64,000 nucleotides of DNA from the human T2T-CHM13v2.0 reference genome, Homo sapiens. Shown piece after piece: positions 1-14,062 of this stretch. Below the pieces are notes generated by a model. The model saw only the letters and a list, made by a program, of their open reading frames with translations. It searched no databases and was not told where the DNA came from. The position numbers and the translations under genes are program-made. The stretch lies in the NCBI RefSeq assembly GCF_009914755.1, contig NC_060934.1. The stretch is one strand, 5' to 3'. Each line of letters begins with the position of its first letter. Positions within the stretch are counted from its first letter, which is position 1.

Positions 1-134
1 TTTCTAATTCATCTGATACAAATAACAACAAGCCAGTCTCATTCAATATTCCTAATAATTAAAAAGGAGAGCAGCATTTTACACCAGGAGAAAAACACAA
101 CTAAAAGGTAGAGATTTTAAGATGGTGGTGTCAA

Positions 135-270
135 CTCTATCACTTGTGTAATGTCGGGTAAGTCACATAATTTCTCTTTGCTCAAATTTCTTAGTCCAGG
201 TAAATGAGATGATAATGATGCCAACACATTTATCTTGGTTTCACAAAGTAATGATTAGATGGGGTAATAT
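135..270 (+). mobile_element. MIR SINE fragment
   Basis: Degenerate MIR core (gggtaagtcacataatttctctttgctcaaatttctt...taaatgagatgataat). Boundaries approximate. Confidence 0.55.
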
Positions 271-1654
271 AAGTCAAACTGATTTGGAAAACAGAAAACT
301 TATTAGACCCCATAAATTGCTGTCAGTATTTAAATCATTGTCTTGCATATAAATTAAGTCTCTGACTGTTTGTTTCTCAAATATTTACTACAGAAATTAT
401 GATCCCACAGGTATATTTTATAACTTAATATTTATTGACTTTTTACCTTCATAATATTTGGAAAGAAAATTTTAAATTACATGTGATTTACTTACTCTAA
501 GATTGCTGAAGAGCTCAAAGCTGTTCCCTAAACAGAATCCTTTAAAAGTCCCCTTCCCTTTCACTGCCTCCAGTGATAAGAATTTAATCAATTCATACAA
601 AAATGAAGCCTAACTTGCTTAAGCAGCTCTTATCACTCAGACATTATTTTCATCAGAGTCAACATGTATTTTGCTCTTTATTCATTTTGTCCAATTTACT
701 TTTAGTTCTTTGTCCATGTAGCTGTTACAGTATAGATTATATCTCAAAATAAATCACTTTTCTAATAGGAAGTTCCTCATACCTACAAAAAGACACAGTA
801 TTTTATTGAAGTATGGTTAACACCTAACTCCTGGAATTATATTTGGCCACATTAAAATTATTGTCCATAAGATATACCTAACTAACATGTGAATTGTGAC
901 TAATGTGAACACAGCAGAATACCTCTTTTTCATCTATTCTGGCCTACTGAGGTATTAATATTTAGTAACAATTGGAATATAAAATATTAAGGAGTTAAGA
1001 CAAAAGCATTTGCCATAATAAACTATTCTCTCCTATATGGGTTTGGAGTAGGGAAAACATGGCAGTGTTATGATGGCTAGACTTCTTTAAGGCAGTTACC
1101 ATTGTCACATAGAACCCTGGATGAACAATCATTTCAAGAACTATAATAATTCATCAATTCTGCTATAGAAGAGATCACTCCCAGGACAGCACATTGTCCC
1201 CAGACTTCTTACCCAGACAACTTCAGTGAAAAAAAGATCATGAGCCAGTTCTACAGTGGAGAAACAATGCTATGAATGTTATTTTTTGAAAACATAGATG
1301 TTGGGGAAAGATACTAGGAGGGATATTGAAAAAACACTCTTAAAACCTACTTCTATGATTCCAGCATCAGAGATGGAATTCAGAACAGTTACAAACTGTT
1401 GCAGTTCCTACAATTTTGGTTTCTCGGTGTGAGGAGGCAAGTTACCAGAAAAATGGTTCTTTTTACTTTACCAGTCCTTTCCATGTCAATCTTTTATTTT
1501 TCAGTGTTCTAGTTTACAACTTGCCATAAGAGCTAATAATAAGTGTAAGTGGTTAATGAATTATTCCTGCAGAGGCACTGATTTAGGTTCATTTTTTTTC
1601 TAGTATATTGTCCTCAGAATTTGCTATTTTTGGGTTATTATAAACATTTGATCA

Positions 1655-1746
1655 TTAAACATTGGATGCATGTATCAAAATATCACATGGATCCCATACA
1701 TATGTATAATTGTTGTTTATTCATAAAAATTAGAAAAGAGAAAAAA
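1655..1746 (+). mobile_element. L1MA-type 3' end fragment
   Basis: catgtatcaaaatatcacatggatcccatacatatgtataat followed by an A-rich tail, typical of an L1MA 3' terminus. Confidence 0.6.
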
Positions 1747-2309
1747 TCTTACATTGCAGAATAGAATTAATTTTAAAATTAGATAGAAATTTGTGACTAT
1801 TAAGGAGCTTCATTTCTTTTTTTCTCTAGAGGATTTTGCTCTTTAAATATATTTGAGTAGTAATTTATTCCTTTTGAAAGCTTTAATCAGTATCTAAAGC
1901 CATGAGGTCCTAACAGTAACTATTATTAAGACTGCTATGGACCAGTGAAACCTCTGGTAATTGAGAAGTTAATTTACCTTCTTACTACTATCTTCCTTAA
2001 ATTAAGTTCATCAATTTCTGACGTGAGAGGTGTGAGAATTAAATGAGTGCAGAAGCAGTGGACTCCTTGCAAAATACTTAAAGCAGAGTTTTAAATTATT
2101 CAGTCTAGATTAAGTTTGCTTTTTTACCACTCTTCCAAAACAAGATTATTATATATGATGCAATATTTTATGAACATCTAAATATAAGTCTAGCTATATA
2201 GAGCTCTATTATATTGCTATCTTAATTTTTACCTATGTGTGGCCTATCTATTCATCCTCTATCATTTTCCTGCAGTATAAATTTTACTGCAAGAAAAATT
2301 ATTTTAATA

Positions 2310-2618
2310 CAGGTTGAGTATTCCTTATCCAAAATGAGAAATGTTTTGAATTTCCATTCTTTTTTCAGATTTTGGAATATATACAATGAGATACATTGGG
2401 CATGTGACCCAATTCTAAACAAAAAATTTATTTATGTTTATATGTAGCTTATACACATAGCCTGAAGGTAATTTCTGACAACACTGTGCATAAAACTCAT
2501 TTTGTATTAAGTACGTACGTGTGGAACTTTCAACTTGTGGTGTGATGTTGGCATTCAAAAAGTGTCAGAGTTTGGAGCATTTCAGATTTCAGATTTTGAA
2601 TTAGGAATCCTCAACCTG
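2310..2618 (+). mobile_element. Tigger4b/MER46B-like non-autonomous DNA transposon (TcMar-Tigger)
   Basis: TIRs CAGGTTGAGTATTCCTTATCCAAAAT and rc CAGGTTGAGGATTCCTAATTCAAAAT; TA target duplication at 2308-2309 and 2619-2620. Confidence 0.85.
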
Positions 2619-3249
2619 TAACATACAAAACAAAAATAGATTAAAAACAATGAATAAATAAGACATGACATATATTAAAATCTTTTTCAGGACACATTTT
2701 TATTCTCAGGTGTCAAAGTATCATTATTAAGACTGCTTTCTGCTGTACTCATTAAAAATTTTCAGATCAAATAATATTTAACAGACTGATACAATCAAAA
2801 TTTTCAGGATTCCAATGTGGAAAATGTTTATTCCCTTCAGAATACCATAAGTATAGAACTAATAGAACTGGAAGAAACCTTGATTCAGTCAGATTTACTC
2901 CTTTATGTAGTTGGAACACAGAAAGATATTTTTCAAAGCAATTCTGATGTTTGCTTAGATGCTTGAAAATTCTCTAAAAGATAGGAATATATTGTTAATA
3001 TACAGAAATTCATGTTCTCAGAATCTATGCAACTCTTAATATTCTCTATCCAAATGATAGTGAAAGAGCAAAAACCCTGTTCTTTGATTTTATCCTGAAA
3101 ACAAAATTTTTCTAAATTGTAGTACTGCTACATTTAACATCTCTCCATTCTACCATTCCTTCATTTTCTGTTCACCCTTTATTTAAAATTGCATTGTTTT
3201 TAATCAGCAAATCCCCCACTGTCACTTCTCCCGTTTTATTTTTTTTGTT

Positions 3250-4260
3250 GTTAAAGCAATTTCACTTTTAATTTGAAATAATCTAACACAGAAACACTAA
3301 AAGTAGGATACAAATAAATTTATCTCGCCCATAAAACCATTTTAGTATAAGTTGCTGGCATTATGTCACATTAATCAATCTAAAATGTCCATGAATTTGG
3401 TTTTGTCTGATTTGCTAATGAGTACATTCAGGTTATGCATGTTTTGTAGGAATGCCATAGAAGACATGCTATGTTCTTCACCTTGCATCCTAGCAGCACC
3501 CAATTTTAACTTGTCCCATAACTGGTAATATTCACTTTGATAAGATAGACTTTCCTCCTATGTAAATACATATTTTATTTTTAAAAGTGCTTAAAACTCT
3601 AGAACTACATTATAACTCACCAAATTTTCAATTAATTAATTTATTCATTAGAGCTTGGGCTCATGGTGTCATACTTTATTCAACATTACTTAGGTGTTTT
3701 TGCATTCATGCCTGTGCCAGTGCAAATTCCTTCAAGCTTGATTTTGTGTTCACGTTCCCATCATTCTTTGAGAACTTACTCATTTTCTAGCTCAAAAAAA
3801 CAGTCTAAGCTTATCTAATAATTTACATGCTGAAACCCTGGAATCAGCCATTTTTCCTGGAGCATGAGTTCCTTTTAGTGGAGAATGGTATTTAGAAACC
3901 AAGATAGATGTGTCCATTTATTTTAAGCTGTCAAACTGTCACTGTCCTTGGGCCTTTTAGGGAACTGATGTAGGAAAAATATAATATAATATAATATAAT
4001 ATAATATAATATAATATAATATAATATAGGCTATACTATCATCTGATGTCATGAACACAGAGTCATCTTATCTACTGAAAATCATAAGCAGGTACAGACA
4101 CCTCAAATTTCAATATTAAAAACTGTAGATTTCATTATAGTTTTCTTCCTGTCCAATTAATTATGCATAATCCTTCTCTGACAGTGAAAAACCTGGTTTC
4201 TACGATCCTTAATATATTCACTTATTTGATCAAATATTCTGTATTTAATCTCACATGGCC
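3250..4260 (-). mobile_element. Old L1 (L1MC4/5-like) 3' region fragment
   Basis: ttcaggttatgcatgttttgtaggaatgccatagaagacatgct...ttgtcccataactggtaat and ccctggaatcagccatttttcctggagc resemble antisense L1MC 3' UTR. Boundaries approximate. Confidence 0.6.
3978..4028. repeat. (AATAT)n pentanucleotide microsatellite, about 10 copies
   Basis: Perfect tandem array read directly. Confidence 0.95.
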
Positions 4261-5192
4261 ACTGCTACAGTCTTCTTTATGGAAGTGTCCCCTTCACCAC
4301 AGTTGGGCTGGGCAGCTACCATTGCTCTTACCTCATACATGGTTATTCCCTCATGCTGCACATGCTTTGAAACTCTGATCTAGGTCACTCTCACTCCAGC
4401 ATTGGCACCCTCCTCGCTCCACAGAAAGCCCTCCTACATTATGTCTGATTTTCTCTATTTGAGCTTTATTACATCAGTCCTGGCTCTGTTCCTGTGTGGA
4501 CTCCATCCTCATTGTTTCAGCTCTTACTCTTGTCTCTGATCCCTGTGCAATTATCTGTCTTGTTTGGCCCCACAGAATAAATTAATAGAAACTATTCAGG
4601 AAAAGGATGCCGAAAAAGAAAAAGAAAGAAAAAACTGAAGAGGAGGAGGAGAAAGAGTTTTCTCTTTTTACCTATGGGGCCAAACTTGTACATCCTCCAA
4701 GTTAGGATTATTTGCATATAGGGGGAAAAGAGAGAAGTTTAGCAGGCAATAAATAAATTACATTTAGATAATAAGAAGAAAGAAGGCTAAGAATACTTCC
4801 GCATTAAGAACTTCTCTCTCTTCCATCGTAGCTATTATACAAACACAGTGGAGCCCTCCACACATTCCGGGGTGTATTTAATGCATCTTATTCAGGTGAA
4901 CTACCTCCTGCATGTGGCTCATTCACTATTTGTCTGTTCAAGTTGATTAAAACTTCTCTAAGTCTCTTTGGGTTTATTGCAACATGTAGGAACCTTTCCA
5001 CCAAGGCTTTGATTAAAATTATTTGCTGATCTGTTTTCTTCTCCCTTTCCAAGTCTTGTAAACATGATTGTTCCCCACCTAGGAATTTCCCAGATTAAAG
5101 GCAACTGTTTTCCAGAGAAAACACAATTTTTCTTAATAAAATCACCACAGAGCGCCTCCATTCACCAATACTACTATTAATAAAATAACATA

Positions 5193-6228
5193 CAGTAATG
5201 TGCTGCATGTTTCAGTCAACACTGAACAACATATAAAATGGTGGTACCATAAGATTTTAATGGAGCTGAAAAATTACTATTGCCTAAATGACTATGTTAC
5301 CAATTTACTTATTTACTATACTATATATTTCATTATTATTTTAGAGTGTCCTCCTGCCACTTATTTATTTAAACAAAGTTAACTGTAAAACAGTCTTGAG
5401 CAGATCCTTCAAAGGGTATTTCAGAAGAAGGCATTGTTACAGAAGATGACAATTCCATGTATGATACTGTTCTTGAAGACCTGCCAGTAGGACAAGATGG
5501 GGAGGTGGAAAACAGTGATATTGATGATCTTGACCCTATGTAGCCTAGACTAATGTGTGTGCTGTGTCTTAGTTTTTAAAGAAAAACGTTAAAATGCCTA
5601 AAAAATTTTTTAAATAGAAAAAGACATATAAAATAAAGATATGAAATATTTTGCACAGCTGTACAATGTGTTTGTATTTTAAACTAAGTATTATGAGAAT
5701 CAAAAGTTTAAAAAATGAAACATTTACAAAGTAAAAAAGTTACAGTAAGCTAATATTAATTTATTATCAAAGAAAGAAAAGATTTTTTAAAAATTAGTAT
5801 AGCGTAAGTGTACAGTGTTTATAAAGTCTACAGCAGTGTGAAGTGATGTCCTAGGCTTTCACATTCACTCACTACTCACTGGCTGACACCAGAGCAACTT
5901 CAGTTCTGGAACCTCCATTCATTGTAAGTGTTCTACACAGTTTTACAATTTTTTTAATCTTTTATTCTTTATTTTTATTGTACTTATCTATGTTTTGATA
6001 CCCGAATAACTCCCATTTTGTTACAGTAGCCTGTAGTATTCAATACAGTACCATGCTGTACTGGTGTGTAGCTGAGGAGCAATAGACTACCCCATATAGC
6101 CTAGATGTGTAGTGAGCTATACCATCTAGGTTTGTGCAAGTACACTACAATATTCACACAACGAAGAAAAAGTCACCTAACAATGCATTTCTCAAAACAT
6201 ATCCCCATCATTAAGCAACACATGACTT
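5193..6228 (+). mobile_element. Tigger3b (Golem) DNA transposon, internally deleted
   Basis: Starts TA|CAGTAATGTGCTGCAT...ggtggtaccataagattttaatggagctgaaaaatt; ends ...tatccccatcattaagcaacacatgactt|TA. Matches recalled Tigger3 termini with TA TSD. Confidence 0.85.
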
Positions 6229-6574
6229 TAAATGAGGATTCATAGCAACATGGATTTTCATAGAAAACTAGTGTTTAAGTAGACAGTCCATCCACTATGA
6301 CTACTTTAATAATTACAGGCATAAAATTAAAATAGCTATCATTGTCAATATACACAGTATCAGCATTTTTGACATTAATATTGTATGTTTTCCTGTGATA
6401 TTCTAGTAATCATAAAAGGTTTATTTACTTAACAAAGTATATGGCCTTTCACAGAATATAAAGTTTGGAGAGAATACTAAGTGTAATCTATGCTGATTCT
6501 CACTGATATATATTTCTTAGAGATGCGACTATATTTTAGGTCTTGGATTAGATAAAAACATATTAACACCCATC

Positions 6575-6760
6575 AGACTGAGCTGATTTGAACAATTACT
6601 CAGCCACCTACTTCTTATGCTACATTTAAAATAATTGCTTCACCTTTCTGTGACCTATTCATGTATAAATTGAGGATTATAATATCCTTCTCACAGCATT
6701 TTTGTCAATCCTTGTAAATGGCTTTTCATAGTGCCTGGCACATAGTAATTTTTCATTAAT
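6575..6760 (+). mobile_element. MIR SINE
   Basis: ctcagccacctacttcttatg...cacctttctgtgacct...atagtgcctggcacatagtaa. Confidence 0.65.
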
Positions 6761-6990
6761 TTTAATTTTTTATTGTTATTTTAATTTTAAAGTCTTGAAC
6801 TCCAGTGGGACTCAATTAATAATCTTCCTCCCTCACCCAAATCAGCCTTCGCACCTTGAGGATGATTGTTAATGGGCTCAGAACCAGAGTACAGAGTATC
6901 AGTGAGCAGAGCTTGTGTGTAATGGCTTTGTCTTTGAGACTTGCCTTTTTGGAGTCCTTGTCCTGTGATTAAGAGGATAGGCAGTAGTAC

Positions 6991-7249
6991 TGTGTCCGGA
7001 ATTGGTGGGTTCTTGGTCTCACTGACTTAAAGAATGAAGCCGCGGACCCTCGCGGTGAGTGTTACAGTTCTTAAAGGCTGCGTGTCCGGAGTTTGTCCCT
7101 ACTGATGTTCGGATGTGTTCGGAGTTTCTTCCTTCTGGTGGGTTCGTGGTCTTGCTGGCTCAGGAGTGAAGCTGCAGACCTTCGCAGTGAGTGTTACAGC
7201 TCTTAAGGCGGCGCGTCTGCAGTTGCTCGTTCCTCCCGGTGGGTTCGTG
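6991..7249 (-). mobile_element. LTR12(C)-type ERV9 LTR, only the 3' (U5) ~260 bp
   Basis: Begins TGTGTCCGGAATTGGTGGGTTCTTGGTCTC (rc of the LTR12 3' terminus); has the characteristic gtgagtgttacagctcttaa repeats; CpG-rich and little diverged. Confidence 0.92.
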
Positions 7250-7799
7250 CTCTGAGGGCACAGAACCAAACCATATAAATCACAAAACAACTAGATATAT
7301 TTTTTTTTTCATACAGTTACTGTATTTTCAGATTTACCTACCTGGTTTACAGTTTAATTTGCTGGATTGGGCAATATTTTCTATCATCCTTTGTAAGATA
7401 CACCTAATTAGAATTGTGTCTCTTCTCGTCCTTACATTGTTATTGTTTAGGAGGTTGCTGTCAATCTAAATCCTAATCAAAAGATATCTTTCCCTCTGGC
7501 TTCTTTTAAAAATGTTTTCTTTGTCAGAAGTGATATGAAATTTACTGTGATATATCTAGATATGGTTCCCACCATTTAAAAATAAATTTTTACATCCCTC
7601 CTTTTATCTAACAATGTTAAAACAATCAGAGACTATTGTGTTTTATATATTCTAAATTTATCTTGGCATATATAAGATGATATATATTTTATAAATAATA
7701 TTTACATATAATAAATAATATATAGTATATAGAAATGATGTCTATAAATGAGATTTTTAAATATATATATTTGAGGTTTTTTTAAAAATAAAAGATATA

Positions 7800-8760
7800 T
7801 TTGTTATAAGGGAAGACACATTTTTTAAAGTTCATAATAAAATAATTGGAAGTTTTGTTTTAAAACCTTCTCAAATGTACAAAATAGATTGCAAATGTAG
7901 CACTATAAAATTTCTGAACCATTTGAAAGTATGCTAATACCTAATACCCTATCACTAAAAATCCTTTTGTATATATTTTATACAAAATGCTATATTCTAC
8001 TAGTCAACCTTAACACAACCATCAAGTTAGGCAATATGCATTGATATGTTACTATCTGAGATTCAAAATTTATTCCAAATTTTTCAATAAGGTCTTTTAA
8101 AGCCAAATAATTCAATTCAGAATCATGTGTTCCATTTCGTTTTCAAGTTTCTTTAGTCACCTCCAACTTCAAACAATTCTTCAGTTATTCCTTAACTTTT
8201 ATGATCCAATGAATCTGAACTTTACAGGTTAATTATTTTATTAAATGTTCCTCAACTTACGTCTGTCCAATGTTTCTTCATGATATGATTCAGGTTTTGC
8301 CTCTTTAGCAGGAATATCACAGAATTTATGCTATAATCTCTTTGTGTCCTATTTGGAGGTGCACAATTTAGATTTGTCCCATTAGTAGTGATCATTTCAA
8401 TCACTAAGTTAAGGTGTCATTTGCCAAACTACCACTCAAAAGTCACAAGTTTTTCCTATGTAATTAATAAATATTTTATGAGGAGTTTATGTGAAACTAT
8501 GTAAATATCTTGTCTTTATAAAACTTCCAATTTATTCACTTATTAATTGATATTACTCTAGATTTATATTTTCCTGTTTTATTTGATGTGTTATAATCCC
8601 TTACTAGCATGATTCCTTTGATGATTAGATTTCCTCAGATTCGGCTCATAGAAATATCTTCAGCATCTGTGTATTTTGACATGGTTGCATCTTTTTTTGA
8701 GCAGTTTCTTGTATCAGACACAAAAAGTTGTTCCAAGATCACTGTACAGTCTTGTATAAC
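7800..8760 (-). mobile_element. Old L1 (L1MC-like) 3' region fragment
   Basis: attcaggttttgcctctttagcaggaatatcacagaatttatgct...gatttgtcccattagtagtgat, homologous to the 3.4-kb fragment. Boundaries approximate. Confidence 0.6.
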
Positions 8761-9973
8761 GATCTCTGTATCAGCATCAGAATCTAGATAGATTCTTAGA
8801 CTCTGACACACAGTGTACAAACACTTTTTGTGACCACCTTTTTGGCATTCTCTGTGTTTTTCAGAGCTGCAAAGTAATGGCCAGATTTGAGATTTGAACC
8901 CAAAAATTAATCTCATAAACATGCTACTTTTATCATGCACATTTAACAAAGGAAGACACTATTCTTAACATTTAAGTAATACTTTGTAGAGTCACACACG
9001 AGTAACTAATAGAGCCAGCACACAAATCAAGTTATACATTTAATGTTTTAATAAGACAGTTAGAAATAAGAGCCACAAGATCACCTACTCTGAAAATTCC
9101 AGACTAATAGATGTTCTTTGACCATCTAGCCAATAGCAGAAAGAGGACGAGCCTATTGGCTTTCAGATTCCACTACTTGGAGACACCAAGCTCTTCTAGG
9201 AACACCATGCCTTCTCAGTTTAGGTATTAAATACTTCAAATGGAGTTCACTGATAAAGAAACAAAATGCCTTGATTTATTCTATTTCACAGACCATTCCT
9301 TTGATGCAAAATCTTGGACCATTTGGAAATATTCTAAGGTTTATGCCTCAGACTTTAAAAGACTTTATATCTAGTCACAGCCATGGAATTCACATATAAA
9401 TGCCCAGAAACTACAGCCAACACAGATCCTAGTATGACAGCTTCTACATGTATAGAAGAAGCCTAAATTATACTTCAGCCAATAATTTATATACAGTTGC
9501 ATTAAATTAAATCATTTTTTAAGTTTTTCTTGTTATGAATGGGACAAACTAATGTTCATTCTAATAAGCTAATACACTTAAAATCTTAATTTTTTATTTT
9601 TAAAATAAGTGTGTTTGGTGTTTAGATATCAAAAGCTAACATTCTAGGATTATAAAAATCGGATTCTTCTTTTATGAAAGAACAGAGACCTCAGAACTGC
9701 CTAATACCCCCTAATATTATTTTTCAGTTTTCCTCTGGATGACGTAAATGAGCTGAATATGCTGAGCCAGTATTTTTTTAACTTCATATTAGTCAGTTCA
9801 TTCCATGAGATTAATCTCTGGATTCAGTAAAATATAAAGGAATTACTTAAATTAGCTTCTAAAGCTGGAGATATGCTTTGAAAATACATGTCCAATAGTG
9901 CAAAACTAATACATTTGTTAACAGAGGTCAAAATCAGATCTGCATCTTTATTAATAATTTAATGTTAACAACT

Positions 9974-10009
9974 AAATTATAATCTGAAATCAAATTATAA
10001 TCTGAAATC
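9974..10009. repeat. Perfect 18-bp tandem duplication (aaattataatctgaaatc)x2
   Basis: Read directly. Confidence 0.9.
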
Positions 10010-10664
10010 CAAAACTAACTTTTTAAAGGAATATTTACAAAATATTGTTCTTCAAGAATTATGAAAATATAAGTACATTACAAAGTAGAATTCCTTTTAT
10101 AAAGCATGTCTTTCTTACTCTTAATGGCTATTCTGGAGCAAGATATCAGGGAAGAGTGAACAGTAAATGTGCTTCTGTGTTCACTCCGTGTAATTATTTG
10201 TTCAACAATATTTTATGACTTTTCAAAGCCAAACGAAGAGTGTCTACTCCACATGGACTCTTCACAGCTGTAGATTAAATTTTCTTCAAGGAGAACAGCT
10301 TTAGATATAATTCCTTATGTTATAAAAATCGAATCATAATTACCTTCAGTTAGAGAAGCTGGTATGCAAAAAATTGCTGATATTTAGACCCAAACTTGTG
10401 ATGAATAAACTGTGGCCCTCCAGTATCCATTTCACATATTTTGGCTTCAATTCTATGGTAAAAAAAGTTTCATTATAGTGGGAAGCAACGTATCTCTTAA
10501 GTTTCTGAATAATACTGAATAATGATGAAAGTAAACTGAAGCAAACTTGCTAAAACATTGAGAATAGTGGCTCAATTGTATTAGTTTCCTAAATTACAGC
10601 CATATAATCTTATATAGTACTAAATCTTTATTTGTTACTGCCAAATTCTCCCATCTCGATCCAC

Positions 10665-10800
10665 TCAACTCAAAAATAATTTATTGAATAACCGCTCTAG
10701 GTACCAGGTACTATGCTAGGACTATAAGAGAATCCACATCAGTGTGGGCCATAGTTACTGCTCTCAAGATTCTGACTCACAATTTGAAAAATAAGACAAA
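10665..10800 (-). mobile_element. L2 3' end fragment
   Basis: caactcaaaaataatttattgaataaccgctctaggtaccaggtactatgctagg, antisense L2 terminus. Confidence 0.55.
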
Positions 10801-11646
10801 CTTTTAAAAAGGCACTTAACAAAGGAAAAAATATATTGTCAAATCAGTAGCAGAGAGAAATGCTCTAAAAATCTAGAAAACAAAAATACCAGTGGGATAA
10901 AATCTTATACCAAGTATTAATTTTATTCAACTATTCCCAGGCTTATGGTTATTTGTGAATAACCTAGTAATGAACCGGAAAACAAAAACCACAAGTCCTT
11001 CATATTTAAGTCCATAGTCTTCCGGTATAAACATAAGACAGAAAGATTTGGATGCCTATGTTAAAAGATGACTCGTGGCGAGAAATGAGAAGAAGAAATA
11101 CCACACGGGCAGGAGAGCATGAGGACCAGAAACATGTATTTTCAACTGAAGAAGCACTATCCCTGGACCATGTTTTCGGAGTCCTTTGAAGAGACGGGAT
11201 GCCCTGGAGATAAGGCGAGTCAACCCTAACCAAGATGAGACTAAAAGGACTCAAGGCTGAGGTCACTCAGAAGCCTGAACAATAAAGATATACTTACGGT
11301 ACTTGGGGCCTAATATATAATGTAGAAAAAAAGTAGTTTGGGAAGACTTCATTTAAAGCATAAAACTTGAACAGAGTCCTGAAAGAGTCCAACATAGTTC
11401 TAGAAGTACTAACATTCAGAGTAACAATGGGATTGTTAGTCGAGAAGAGTTAGGATTAGAATTTATTTAAATATGCAAAGCTTTATTTCTGTCACAAGTT
11501 CAAAGAAGCAAATTTAGATTTTAGAATAAATCTAAGACTCATTGCTAAAACATAGGAGGTCAATTATAAGAAAACACTCAGGGTTAAGAATCTATATCAT
11601 CCATAGAAAGATAACAGGAGCAGAATAAATGAAAACATTTAGAAAG

Positions 11647-12024
11647 TATATTAATATTCTTTGGCTTCTATACCACAATACCATAGCCTGAGTTGTTTAA
11701 GTAGAAGAAAATTTTATGTATTATAGTTTTAGAGGTAGAGAAGTCCAAGATCAAGGTGCCAGCCTATGGAGTTCCTGGTGAGGGCTCTCTTCCTGCATTG
11801 CAGATGGCTACCTCTTCACTGTGTCCTCACTTAGGAAGAGAGAAAACAAACTCTCTGATATGTCTTATTGTAAAGGCAGTAATCCCATCAAAAGGACCTC
11901 ACTCTCACAGTCTCATCTAACGCTAATTATCTTCCAAAGAGTTCATCTCAAAATACCATCACATTAATGGTTAGGGCTTTAACATTTGAATGGGGTGGGG
12001 GTGTATAAACATTCATTGCATAAT
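11647..12024 (-). mobile_element. MLT1A-type MaLR solo LTR
   Basis: agaagtccaagatcaaggtgccagc...tggtgagggctctcttcctgcattgcagatggctacc...accatcacattaatggttagggctttaacatttgaat. Confidence 0.8.
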
Positions 12025-14062
12025 AGTGAGTTTTAATGCAAGGGTATGGGCATGGGTTAGGACTTAGAATTTGTTCCTGGTATGTACTTCCTGCTTAGAG
12101 TACCTAACCTGTAGGAGTTAACAGCACTTTGACGTGGATAAAAAGGCATTACAATAATTTTTGCCTTGATTAAATAGGGGAATAAGATGTGGATACTAAC
12201 TCACATAATTTCCTTAAGAAAGGTGGGCAGAGATAGTGACACAGTTACACAGTTGTCCGGGCAGCTCAACCATTCTCTGGGCCCTGGAGCACTGAATTTA
12301 TGCCTTAGTCGTCTCAGTTCTTTGAATCTATAGTAACTTTTTAGGAGACTTTCAAGAAACAAAAATACTTGTTTAAAATAGTAGTAGGAAAGCCAATTCT
12401 TAATAACCAGGATGAGTGCGATTTTCTAAGTAAAATAATATTTGAATGGATGGTTGTGATAGATACTTTTTAAACATTAAATATGTGTGTGCGCATGTGA
12501 GCCTCTGTGGTGGGTGTGTGTATATATGTGTATACGTACATAAAATATTACAGAGAGGGATGAATAATTTAAAATATGCATTCTATATTTTAATGTTTCA
12601 ATTAAAACTAGTTGCATATATATATACAATTTTTTCTACTGTTACACTGATATGTGATGGCTCATTATCCTGACAAAAAGCCCTGGCTAGTAAATAAGTA
12701 CTTTTTGTGCCTATTGTCACAGAATGTTTCCTGCATCTATTTTACTCAACAAACTACTTAGCTTGCACCTCTGTCAAGATTCACTGCCCCTTTTGCAATA
12801 TTAGAGTTATGAAGAGGTAAAGTTAAACCATTAAGAGTAACTCCTGTGGTGTTCAGGTTTTCAAGTCAGTCACTCGGCTTAATTATGTTTTCCCAAGGGA
12901 TGGAGAAAAATGAATTCTTGATGCAGTGCTCAGCTCTAGAGTTGATCCTGAATATTTCCCCCTTATCACAATTGTATGGGAGACTCAAGAGACTACTGCA
13001 TTTTTCCATTACTTTACAGTAATATCTATGAGACCAAGTAGGGCAAATTAAGGAGAGTAAGGTGGGTAATTTTATCCTAAATAGCTAAAATAATAAAAGA
13101 CAAGGTTGTTTGGAACAGAGGTAGGGAAAACCGAAAACACTTACAGGAGGGAAAAGTAATGACTATTCAAAATGTGACTTAGCAAGGTCCAGGTAAAGTT
13201 ATCATGAAGTAGTAGCAGAGATATCAAAACAATTTGACAACAAATGTGATTTTTCCAAATTTCTTTTGGCTGTAATATTCCAGATCAGTGCTACCCAATT
13301 CCAAAATGATAGCCCTTATAACAACCCTCAAAAAAGAAAAAAATTTCATACTTCTAGGCCTATGGAAAAATTCACCTGGAAAATAGGATGCTATTGTAGA
13401 CTCCATCTCCAGCTCTCTGCCTCCACTTATTTCTGTAGATCTAATTCATTCTTCTCTCAGCTAACAGTTTATGAGTTCTAATTATGCTTACCTACTTTCA
13501 ATCCCTGTAAGTTCATATCACACGTGGTTTTAGTTGTCATGATACCACTTCTTGCTCTAACTTTACATGATCTTTCCTCTGATTCTTTAATGCCTCAATT
13601 CTCAGTTGATCAGGAAAAAATACGAGTTTGCTCTAGTTGGGATAGGTATTCATGCCATTTAAATCAATTACAGGTGGAAGTGGGATCATGTGGTACCAAC
13701 CTGACTACTTTGCTGTTGCTATGAATATTTTGTTTTAGGCCAAAGTAAGGAACAGTTATTTCACAACATGTTTTCTATTTCATGAATCGTATTTAAGACA
13801 ACACTAACCTTAGTAACAAGGACATTTCTGCCACCTTCACCATCAACTATAAACTAATTATCTCCCTTGGATTGCTTTTCTTCATCACCATATAGCAGGC
13901 ACTATAGTGACTATTTTTCAGAAAAGAGCAGTGAGCCAATTAAGATAACATGGGCTCTATTTCCAAGCCAACTATATATATCGTGTGACCTTCATAAGGT
14001 TATGTAAACTTATTGGTCTGTAGCTTTTTGTTTGTCTGTTTGTATTTTAATGGCAATGTGGT

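Noticed and set aside
7040-7249. CRISPR-like or CpG-island promoter repeat
   Set aside because: These are the internal U5 repeats of LTR12 in eukaryotic DNA, with no spacer structure.
3400-8760. Segmental duplication between ~3.4 kb and ~8.3 kb
   Set aside because: Similarity is low and explained by two copies of the same old L1MC region.
11290-11299. ATACTTAC resembling the U1 snRNA 5' end (also at ~63137)
   Set aside because: No further U1 similarity; it is just the complement of a splice-donor motif.
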